A DNA stretch of 32,000 nucleotides from Saccharothrix sp. (GTDB lineage Bacteria > Actinomycetota > Actinomycetes > Mycobacteriales > Pseudonocardiaceae), in the NCBI RefSeq assembly GCF_031180885.1, contig NZ_JAPSLK010000007.1, positions 114,455 through 146,454 of the forward strand. The letters run 5' to 3'. Numbering within the stretch: the stretch's first letter is position 1; every line of letters begins with the position of its first letter. The position numbers were made by a program, and so were the translations under genes. Below are positions 1-15,100 of this stretch, one piece after another. The notes below the pieces were generated by a model, which searched no databases, was not told the origin of the DNA, and saw only the letters and a program-made list of their open reading frames with translations.

Positions 1-848
1 GGCCCGTGGCCTTCGGCGATCGCGCGCTTGCCCAGCGCCGTGATGAGCGCCGGCCACTCGGTGTTGACGCCCAGTTCCCGGCTCTCGTCGAGCAGGTGGT
101 CCATCGCGTCGACGTGCGTGTCGATGGTGGAGTCCTCGGCGGGCCAGTCACCCGCGTCGATCTGCGCGGCGTAGGCCTCGATGAAGCCCAGCGTCATCTC
201 GGCGAGCGCCTTCGCCAGCGGCAGGTACTCGGTGGCCTTCACGCCCGCGGTGCCCAGCAGCGCCACACCGTGCAGGAAGCTGTTCTCGACGCCCCACATC
301 ATGGTCAGCAGCGAGACGTCGTGCAGCGCGGCGAGACCGTGGTCCTCGCCCAGGTACGTGGTCCCCGCGGGGGCCACCGCCTTGAGGGTCTCCACGTGCT
401 CGTCGAACGCCGACTTCGGACCGCAGTGCAGCAGGATCGCCTCGTCGGTGGCGATCCCCGGCGGGATGGCCATGATCGCGCTGTCGATGTACGCGCCGAC
501 GTTGTGCTCCGCCGCCCACTTCGCCATGCCCCGCGACTGCGACGAGCTGGCGCTGGTCATGTTGACCAGGGTGCGGCCCTCGAACGAACCCACCACCGGG
601 TCCAGCAGGTCGTGGACCGCGTCGTAGTCCGAGACGCAGATGACGACCAGCGGGCTCGCCTCGACGGCGTCCTTGACCGACGGCGCCAGGACCGCGCCCT
701 TGGCGACGAGTTCGTCGGCCTTGCTCGCCGACCGGTTCCACACGGTGGTCGGGTGCCCGTTCCCGAGGAACGCGGCGGCCAATGCCTGACCCATCAGGCC
801 CAGGCCGATCACGGTGACCGGCGCCTGGGCGGCATTGGGGTTGGACAT
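1..848 (-). CDS. Imine reductase (IRED)-like NAD(P)H oxidoreductase with a beta-hydroxyacid / 6-phosphogluconate dehydrogenase fold. The C-terminus lies beyond the window edge.
   Basis: Absent from the supplied ORF track because no stop codon falls inside the window. Minus-strand ATG at 848-846, with AGGAG (plus-strand ctcct, 857-861) 8 nt upstream. My translation: MSNPNAAQAPVTVIGLGLMGQALAAAFLGNGHPTTVWNRSASKADELVAKGAVLAPSVKDAVEASPLVVICVSDYDAVHDLL...YLGEDHGLAALHDVSLLTMMWGVENSFLHGVALLGTAGV... It has a GxGxxG Rossmann motif, and the xLxDxxLLxxMW region resembles Asp-type IREDs. GC3 bias is strong in this frame. The listed ORFs 6..953(+) and 148..981(-) are Arg/Gly/Pro-rich shadows. Confidence 0.7.
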   Translation of the reverse strand, partial: MSNPNAAQAPVTVIGLGLMGQALAAAFLGNGHPTTVWNRSASKADELVAKGAVLAPSVKDAVEASPLVVICVSDYDAVHDLLDPVVGSFEGRTLVNMTSASSSQSRGMAKWAAEHNVGAYIDSAIMAIPPGIATDEAILLHCGPKSAFDEHVETLKAVAPAGTTYLGEDHGLAALHDVSLLTMMWGVENSFLHGVALLGTAGVKATEYLPLAKALAEMTLGFIEAYAAQIDAGDWPAEDSTIDTHVDAMDHLLDESRELGVNTEWPALITALGKRAIAEGHG

Positions 849-976
849 CACATTCACTCCTGTTCAGCCCGCGCCGGTTCACCCGGCGCGGCGTGTTGTC
901 GGCGTCCTGCAACGGTTTCACCGCCCTCGCGACCGGACCAGCGGCGAACGTGACCTTCTTCGAACGTTTCCTGCCG

Positions 977-982
977 TACACT
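977..982 (+). promoter_or_regulatory. Possible -10 hexamer (TACACT, TAnnnT class) 7 nt upstream of the ATG at 990, which would imply a leaderless or near-leaderless transcript for the regulator gene
   Basis: TACACT at 977-982 and ATG at 990. There is no Shine-Dalgarno sequence between them and no convincing -35 element. This arrangement is common in actinomycetes but is a weak signal on its own. Confidence 0.2.
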
Positions 983-989
983 CGCGACC

Positions 990-2087
990 ATGGGGCCGGG
1001 TGTCGTCGCGATCGCTGTGCTCAACGGAACCGACATGCAGGTCTGCGAGGTGTACGAGACCGCCATCGCGAACGCGGTCTTCGGTGATCCGCAACCGGAT
1101 CTGGCCGATCCCTGGTACGAGGTGAAGCTCTGCACGGGATCGCGGGACGAGCCCACGCCGCACGGTTTCTCCTTGCGCAGCAAGCACGGGCTCGACGACC
1201 TGGTGGTCGCCGACACCGTCATAGTCCCGTCGGTCCCGGACGACGTGCTCCAGGGCCGCGCTCCGCTGGCGCCGGAGTTCGTGGCGGCGCTGCGCGACGC
1301 GGCCGCGGCGGGCGCGCGCATGGTGTCGTTGTGCAGCGGGGCGTTCGCCCTCGCCGAGGCGGGCCTGCTCGACGGCCGCCGGGCCACCACGCACTGGATG
1401 CACACCGCCGACCTCGCCAAGCGCTACCCGCGGGTCCAGGTCGAGGACGCGGTGCTCTACGTCGACGACGGCGACGTCCTCACCAGCGCGGGCATGACCG
1501 CGGGCCTGGACCTGTGCCTGCACCTGGTGCGCCGCGACCTGGGCGCCCACGTCGCCGGCCAGCTGGCCCGCCGGATGGTCGTGGCGGGGCACCGCCCCGG
1601 CGGGCAGGCGCAGTTCGTCGACCTGTCCGTGCCCGAGGACGACGACGACACCCTGGCCATGGCGATGGACTGGGCCTCGGGCAACCTCGACCAGCCGCTC
1701 ACCGTGGACGCGATGGCCAAGCGGGCCGGCATGAGCCCCCGCACGTTCTTCCGCAAGTTCCAGGCGACCACCGGGCTCACCCCGTTGAAGTGGCTGCTCA
1801 ACCAGCGCCTGTCCCGCGCGCAGAGCCTGCTGGAGACCACCGACCTGCCGATCGAGCGGATCAGCGAGGCCAGCGGGATGGGCACCGCGACCAACCTGCG
1901 CCGGCACTTCACCGCGCAGGTCGGCGTGACGCCCACCGACTACCGGCACGCGCTCGGCTTCCGCGCCCGCCGGGCGGCCGAGCGGGGCGCCGACCCGGTC
2001 ACGCGGTGGTCGGCGCCCGCGCCCCGTCAGGGCTTCGGCGGCACCGGGAAAGAGCTCTCCGCCGGCCAAGGGCCGTTGCCCGCGTAG
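990..2087 (+). CDS. GlxA-family transcriptional regulator (N-terminal DJ-1/PfpI class I amidotransferase-like domain plus C-terminal AraC-type HTH)
   Basis: 365-aa ORF. The N-terminal half carries the nucleophile-elbow Cys (MVSLCSGAFALAEAGLLDGRRATTHW). The C-terminal half has the AraC double HTH (LTVDAMAKRAGMSPRTFFRKFQATTGLTPLKWLLNQRLSRAQSLLETTDLPIERISEASGMGTATNLRRHFTAQVGVTPTDYR). It is divergent from the IRED-like gene, and its low-complexity tail overlaps the convergent 2027..2461 gene by 61 nt. Confidence 0.85.
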   Translation: MGPGVVAIAVLNGTDMQVCEVYETAIANAVFGDPQPDLADPWYEVKLCTGSRDEPTPHGFSLRSKHGLDDLVVADTVIVPSVPDDVLQGRAPLAPEFVAALRDAAAAGARMVSLCSGAFALAEAGLLDGRRATTHWMHTADLAKRYPRVQVEDAVLYVDDGDVLTSAGMTAGLDLCLHLVRRDLGAHVAGQLARRMVVAGHRPGGQAQFVDLSVPEDDDDTLAMAMDWASGNLDQPLTVDAMAKRAGMSPRTFFRKFQATTGLTPLKWLLNQRLSRAQSLLETTDLPIERISEASGMGTATNLRRHFTAQVGVTPTDYRHALGFRARRAAERGADPVTRWSAPAPRQGFGGTGKELSAGQGPLPA

Positions 2088-2461
2088 GCGTTGTCGATCA
2101 CGTAGCGCCAGCCGCCGTCCTCGCCGCGCTGGAGCACGTCGACCGCCAGGCCGCTGAGCTTCTCCGGCTTGCCGTCCCGGGTGGTGTCCATCTCCCACTC
2201 GACCACCACCATGGCGGTGTCGCCGTTGACCATCTGCTGGAGCACGGTCGCCTCGACGGTCGCGTTGCGGGTCTTGATGAAGTGCTCGACGTAGTCCCGG
2301 CGCGCCTGGCCCTGGACCGGCTTGCCGGGTTCCCACATGCCCACGGCGTCGTCGACGTACAGGGCGTTGACCGCGTCCACGTCGCCCGCGTTGAACGCCA
2401 CGTTGAACATTTCCTGGTGCGTGTCGATGTCGGTGGCCAGGTGGTCTTTTTTGGAGGCCAT
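2027..2461 (-). CDS. NTF2-like (SnoaL / DUF4440-type) small protein
   Basis: 144-aa ORF: MASKKDHLATDIDTHQEMFNVAFNAGDVDAVNALYVDDAVGMWEPGKPVQGQARRDYVEHFIK...VVVEWEMDTT...GGWRYVIDNAY. The size and the N-terminal pattern (F..AFNAGD.DA...LY.DDAV) are typical of NTF2-fold SnoaL-like proteins. ATG at 2461 is preceded by GGGAGTGGG. It lies directly downstream of the PKS genes on the same strand. Confidence 0.7.
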   Translation of the reverse strand: MASKKDHLATDIDTHQEMFNVAFNAGDVDAVNALYVDDAVGMWEPGKPVQGQARRDYVEHFIKTRNATVEATVLQQMVNGDTAMVVVEWEMDTTRDGKPEKLSGLAVDVLQRGEDGGWRYVIDNAYAGNGPWPAESSFPVPPKP

Positions 2462-2564
2462 GGTCAGCCCACTCCCGTTCTCGGTTCTCGTTCGTCGGAT
2501 CGTGCTCGGCGTGACGTTCGGGCAACGCCGAGATGGACGCTACCGGCGGTCGAACGCATTCCGA

Positions 2565-2638
2565 CCGCAGTCGGGTAATCGCCGCCGCAGTCGGGTAATC
2601 GCCGCCGCGACGGCGTGGCGACCGGCGGCGATTACCCG
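2565..2638. repeat. Intergenic repeat cluster: two perfect tandem 20-bp copies plus an inverted 16-bp copy
   Basis: CCGCAGTCGGGTAATCGCCG occurs at 2565-2584 and again at 2585-2604. CGGGTAATCGCCGCCG (2592-2607) is the perfect reverse complement of CGGCGGCGATTACCCG (2623-2638), with a 15-nt spacer. The cluster lies between the PKS stop/terminator and the start of the NTF2-like gene. Confidence 0.9.
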
Positions 2639-2654
2639 GTTGACACCAATTGGA

Positions 2655-2682
2655 GATCCGGCCGGCGCTTTCCGGCCGGATC
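2655..2682 (-). terminator. GC-rich hairpin 5 nt after the PKS stop codon (putative intrinsic terminator, no U-tract)
   Basis: GATCCGGCCGG (2655-2665), loop CGCTTT (2666-2671), CCGGCCGGATC (2672-2682). This is a perfect 11-bp stem. The PKS stop codon is at 2688-2690. Confidence 0.5.
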
Positions 2683-2687
2683 AGCGG

Positions 2688-9098
<6,411 letters not shown>

Positions 9099-9127
9099 GG
9101 TTTCCCCCAGGCTCTCGTCGGGACGGC

Positions 9128-12100
9128 TCAGCTGTCGGCTCGGCCGAGTTGGTTGTCGATGAACGCCAGCAGCTCCGCGGTGGACGCCTCCTCGATGGCC
9201 GCGTCCGGCGTGCCGGCGGTGATCCCGGAGCCGTGCCAGGTCTCCATCCAGCGGGAGAGGATCGTCTGGAGGCGGACGGTGATCGTGTCCCGGCTCCGGT
9301 CGTCCTCCCCGATGCCGGACAGGACGTCCTCCAGCTTGTCCAGCTCCGCCAGCACCGGTGACGCGGTCGGCGCGGCGCTCTCCGGGGCGATCTCCCGGAG
9401 CAGGAACGCGGTCAGGGCGGCCGGGGTCGGGTAGTCGAACACCAGCGTGGCGGCCAGTTTCACGCCCACCGCCGCGCCGAGCCGGTTGCGCAGCTCGACC
9501 GCGGTCAGCGAGTCGAAGCCCAGCTCCTGGAAGGGCCGCTCGGGGTCGACGGCGTCCGCGTCGCGGAGACCGAGCACCGCCGCCACCTGGCCCGCGACCA
9601 GCCGCAGGACGGTCGCCTCGTGCTGGTCGGCGGGCAGCTCGGCGAGCCGTTGCGCCAGGGGCAGGCCGTCGTCTTCGGTGGGCCGCGTGGCGGGCGGGAC
9701 CAGACCGCGCAGCAGCGGGTTGACCTCGCCGCCGGCGCGCGCGGCGTCCAGGTCGAGCGGGGTCGCGGTCAGCGCGGCGTCGGGCAGGCCGAGCGCGGCG
9801 TCGAGCACGGCCAGGCCGTGGGCCACGCCGACCTGGGCGAACCCGTCGCGGCGCAACCGGGCCAGGGCGGCGTCGGTCGCGCCGGCGCCGATGCCGCCGT
9901 CGACCTCCCACAGGCCCCAGCCCAGCGCGGTCGCGGGCAGGCCGCGGGACGCCCGGTGCCGGGCCAGTCCGTCCAGGAACGCGTTGGCCGCGGCGTAGTT
10001 GGCCTGCCCCGGACCACCGGTGACGCCCGGCAGCGCGGAGAACAGGACGAACGCCGACAGCGCCACGCCCTCGGTCAGCTCGTGCAGGTGCCACGCGCCG
10101 TCGACCTTGGCCCGCAGCACGCGCTCCAGCTGCGCGGGCTCCAGCTCGGTCACCGGGTTGCCGTCGAGCACGCCGGCCGCGTGCACCACGGCGGTCAGCG
10201 GGTGCTCGGCCGGGACGCCGGCCAGCAGCGCGGCCACCGCGTCGCGGTCCGCGACGTCGCACGCGGCGATCTCCACCGACGCGCCGTGCTCGGCCAGCTC
10301 CCGCCGCAGCGGCTCGGCGCGCTCGGCGTCCGCACCGGACCGGTTCACCAGCAGCAGGCGCCGCACGCCGTGCGCGGTCACGAGGTGGCGGGCGACCTCC
10401 GCGCCCAACGCCCCGGTGCCCCCGGTGATCAGGACCGTGCCCGAGGTGGGCCAGCCGCCCGGCCCGGCGTCCGGGACGGAGTCGCCGACCCGGCCGAGCC
10501 GGGGCGCCAAGACCTCTCCGCCGCGCACGGCGGCGGCGGGCTCGTCGGTGTCGAGCAGCGCGGCGAGCAGCGCCAGGTCGACGGTGTCGGTGTCGACCAG
10601 GACGATCCGGCCCGGGTTCTCCAGTTGCGCCGAGCGGACCAGACCCCACAGCGCGGCGGCGGCCGGGTCGCACACGTCGGTCTCGGCGGCGACCACGGCG
10701 CCCCTGGTGAGCACCACCAGCCGGGTCTCGGCCAACCGCTGGTCGGCCAGCCACGCGCGCAGTGACGCCAGCACGCCCGAGGTGGCCGTGCGGGTTCGCG
10801 CCGCGGCGTCGTCGCCGGGCTCGACGTCGGCGTTCAGCAGCAGCACCTCGGCGGCCTCGGTGACGGCGGTGACGTCGTCGAACACCGGCAGGTCGGTCCG
10901 CGTGCCGCCGATCGCGGCCCAGCGGGCCGGCGGCGTGCCCGGGGTCAGCGGCAGCGCCGTCCACTCCAGCCGGTGCAGCGACCGGGTGGGGCCGGGGCCG
11001 CCGACCACGTCGGCCGGGGTCCGGTCGCGCCAGGTGACCGAGTCCACGGTGGCGACCAGGCCGCCGTCCGCGTCGGTCAGCAGCACCGACGCGGTGTTCT
11101 CGCCGGTCGGCGTGACCAGCGCCCGCACCGCCGAGACGCCGGTGGCGTGCAGCCGCAGCCCGCGCCACCCCTCGGCCAGGTGGCCGCGGGTGACGCCCGC
11201 GAGCGCCAGGGCCTCGCGCAGCAGGGTCGGGTGCAGGCCGAACCCGGCCGCGTCCCGGGTGTGCCCGTCGCCGAGCCGCAGGTCGACCGCGGTCCCGTCG
11301 CCACGTCGTGCCGGGGTCGTGGTCTCGGCGGTCAGCACGCCGGTGGCCACCCGGACCCACTCGCCCTCGGCGACCTCGGCGTGCACGGACACCGCACGCC
11401 GACCGCTCTCGTCCGCCTCGCCGACGCGGGCCTGCACGGACGTGGCACCCGACTCCGGCACGGCCGGCTCGGCCGCCACCGCCAGCTCGGCCACGACCGG
11501 GCAGCCGACCTCGCGGCCGGCCCAGGCGGCCGCCTCGGCCAGCGCCGACGCGGGCAGCACCACGGTGTCGGACACGGTGTGCTCGGCCAGCCACGGGTGC
11601 GCGGCCTGCGACGCCAGGCCGGTGAACAACGCCTCGTCGGTGTCGGCCAACCGCACCGTCCCGCCCAGCACCGGGTGGTCACCCGGCTTCGGGCCGAACG
11701 CCACCGGCACGCCCGGCGACTCCAGCCAGTACCGCTCGCGCTGGAACGGGTACGGGGGCAGGTCGACGACCTCCGCCCCGGTGCCGGCGAAGAACGCCGC
11801 CCAGTCCACCGGCACGCCCCTGGTGTGCAGCAGGCCCAGCGCACCGACCAGGGTGCGCGGCTCGTCCTGGCCGTTGCGCATGGCCGGGATCGGCACCGCG
11901 CGCTCCACGCAGGCCGCGGCCATCGCCGACAGCACCCCGTCCGGGCCCAGCTCCAGCATCGTGGCGACGCCCTGCGCCTCCAGCTCGCGGACGCCGTCGA
12001 CGAACCGGACGGGCAGGCGCACGTGGTCCACCCAGTAGTCCGGGGTGGTCCACCGGTCGCCGGACTCGACCTCGCCGGTCACCGTCGACACCACCCTGAT

Positions 12101-15100
12101 CTTCGGCCGGTGGAAGGTCAGCCCTTCCGCGACCGCCCGGAACTCCTCCAGCATCGGCTCCATCCGAGGCGAGTGCGACGCGACGCTGACGGCCAGGCGC
12201 CTGGTCCGGCGCCCGCGTTCCTTCCAGAGCGCGGCGACGGCCTCCGCCGCGTCGGTGTCGCCGGAGACGACGACCGACCGCGGGCCGTTGATGGTGCCGA
12301 TGACCACCCGGCCGGACGCCGGCAGCGTCTCCAGGACCTCCTGCTCGGTCGCCTCGATCGCGATCATCGCGCCGCCGTCGGGCAGCCCGTTCATCAGCTG
12401 GCCGCGCGCGGTGACCAGCGTGGCCGCGTCCGGCAGGGACAGCACCCCGGCGACGTGCGCGGCGATCAGCTCGCCGGTCGAGTGGCCGATGAGGAAGTCC
12501 GGGTGCACGCCCCACGCGGCGAGCTGGCGGAACAGCGCGACCCCCACCGCGAACAGCCCGGCCAGCAGGTTGTCGATCCGGTCCAGGTCCTCGCCGGTGT
12601 CGATGACCTCCCGCAGCGGTCGCGGCAGGCCCTTGTCCAGTTCGTCGGCCACCTCGTGGAAGGCGTCCCGGAACACCGGGAACGCTTCGCACAGCTGCTT
12701 GGCCATGCCCACGCGCTGCGCGCCGCCACCGGTGAACATGAACGCGGTCAGGCCCTCGGTGCGCACGCCGCGCACGGCTTCGGGGCCGTCGGCGGCCAGC
12801 TCGGACAGGCCGCGCAGCAGCTCGTCGCGGTCGGCGGCCACGACCACGCCGCGGTGCGCGAGCGCGGACCTCGTGGTGGCCAGGGACAGGGCGACGTCGA
12901 GCCGGTCCACATCGCCCTCGGCCAGCAGCTCGCCGATCCGGGCCGCGTGGGCGCGCAGGCCCGCGACCGAGCTGCCGGAGAGCAGCCACGGCACCACCGG
13001 AAGCTCAGCGGTGACGGGGGTGTCGGTCTCGGCCGGGGCCTCGGGCGCCTCCTCGATGATCACGTGCGCGTTGGTGCCGCTGATGCCGAACGACGACACC
13101 GCGGCCCGCCGGGGCTCGCTCCCCCGGTCCCACGGTTGTTCCCCGGTCAGCAGCGCCAGCCCGCCGGACGACCAGTCCACGTGCGGCGACGGCGTCTCCG
13201 CGTGCAGGGTGCGGGGCAGCGTCCGGTGCCGGATCGCCTCGACCATCTTGATGACGCCGCCGACCCCGGCCGCCGCCTGGGAGTGGCCGATGTTGGACTT
13301 CAGCGAGCCCAGCCACAGCGGCCGATCGGCGTCGTGCGCGGCGCCGTAGGTGGCCAGCAGCGCCTGCGCCTCGATCGGGTCGCCCAACGGGGTGCCGGTG
13401 CCGTGCGCCTCGACGACGTCCACGTCGGCCGGGCTCAGGCCCGCGTTCGCCAGCGCCTGCCGGATCACGCGCTCCTGCGACGGCCCGTTGGGCGCGGTGA
13501 GCCCGTTGGACGCGCCGTCCTGGTTGATCGCGGAGCCGCGCAGCACCGCCAGCACCCGGTGCCCGTTGCGCCGGGCGTCGGACAGCCGTTCCAGCAGCAG
13601 CAGGCCGACGCCCTCGCTCCACACCGTGCCGTCGGCGTCGGCGGAGAACGACTTGCAGCGGCCGGACGGCGACAGCCCGCGCTGCCTGCTGAACTCGATG
13701 AACGAGCCGGGGCCGGCCATCACGGTCACCCCGCCCGCCAGCACCAGGTCCGACTCGCCCGACCGCAGGGCCTGCCCGGCCAGGTGCAGGGCCACCAGCG
13801 AGGACGAGCACGCCGTGTCGACGGTGACCGCGGGCCCCTCCAGCCCGTAGGTGTAGGCCAGGCGCCCGGAGATCACGCTGGAGGTGTTGCCCACCAGCAG
13901 GAACCCCTCGAACTCCGGCGGCACGGACTTCAGGTGCGCGGCGTAGTCGTCGTACATCGCCCCGACGAACACGCCGGTGTTGCTGCCGCGCAGGGTGGCC
14001 GGGTCGATCGCGGCGCTCTCGAAGGTGTGCCACGCCGTCTCCAGCAGCAGCCGCTGCTGCGGGTCGGTCGCGGTGGCCTCGCGCGGGGAGATGCCGAAGA
14101 AGTCCCGGTCGAACAGGTCGGCGTCGTGCAGGAAGCCGCCCTCCCTGATGTAGGAGGTGCCGATGGCCTCCGGGTCGGGGTCGTAGAGCCCGTCGAGGTC
14201 CCAGCCCCGGTTGGTCGGGAACCCGCTGATGGCGTCGCCGCCTTCGGCGACCAGCCGCCACAGGTCCTCCGGCGAGCGGACACCGCCCGGGTAGCGGCAG
14301 GCCATGCCGATGATCGCGATCGGCTCGTCGTCGGCGACGGTGGCCTTGACCGCGGCGCCGGCGGCGGCCTCGCCACCCAGCCTGCCCAGCAGGTACGCGG
14401 CCAGCGCCCGCGGGCTCGGGTGGTCGAACACCACCGTGGACGGCAGTGTCAGCCCCGTCGTGGCGCCGAGCTGGTTGCGCAGCTCGACCGAGGTCAGCGA
14501 GTCGAAGCCCTGGTCCTTGAACGCCCGGGCGGGCTCCACGGCCGCGCCGGAGGTGTGGCCCAGCGCGAGTGCCGCCGTGTTGCGCACCAGCTCCAGCACG
14601 GCGGGCTCGCGCTCGGCCTCGGGCAGCGCGCTGATCCGCGCGGCCCAGCCGTCCGGGACCGCCCGGCGTTCGGCCCGCCGGGGCCGGACCAGGCCGTGCC
14701 ACAGCCTCGGGCGCTCGCCGCCGGCCGCCAGGTCCAGCGCGGCGGGCACGAGCAGCGGGTGGCCCGAGCCGAGCGCCTCGTCGAACATCGCCAGGCCCTG
14801 CGCCGGGGTCAGCGGGGTCACGCCGGCGCGGGACCAGCGCCGCACGTCCGCCTCGGACAGGGTCGCGCCCATGCCCTCGGCTTCCGCGCCCCACAGGCCC
14901 CACGCCAGCGAGGTCGCGGCCAGTCCTTGGGCGGCGCGGTGGGCGGCCAGCGCGTCGAGGTAGGTGTTCGCCGCGGCGTAGTTGGCCTGCCCGGCCGTGC
15001 CCAGGATGCCGGAGACCGACGAGAACAGCACGAACGCGGCGAGGTCGTCGTCGGCGGTCAGGGCGTGCAGGTGCCACGCGCCGTCGACCTTGGGCCGCAG

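Noticed and set aside
6-981. The listed ORFs 6..953 (+), 148..981 (-) and 181..627 (+) at the left edge
   Set aside because: These are Arg/Pro/Gly-rich shadow frames. The real gene is the unlisted minus-strand frame starting at 848 (Rossmann-fold, IRED-like), which has no stop in the window.
2640-2645. A perfect TTGACA hexamer on the plus strand
   Set aside because: No TAnnnT -10 element follows at 16-19 nt, and no plus-strand gene lies downstream, since the PKS runs on the opposite strand. I treated it as coincidental.
9099-11594. An N-terminal extension of about 830 codons on the track ORF 2688..11594
   Set aside because: It overlaps the C-terminal modules of the upstream PKS in another frame and translates to Arg/Gly-rich nonsense. 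A canonical docking-helix start (ATG 9098 with an RBS) lies 29 nt after the upstream stop.
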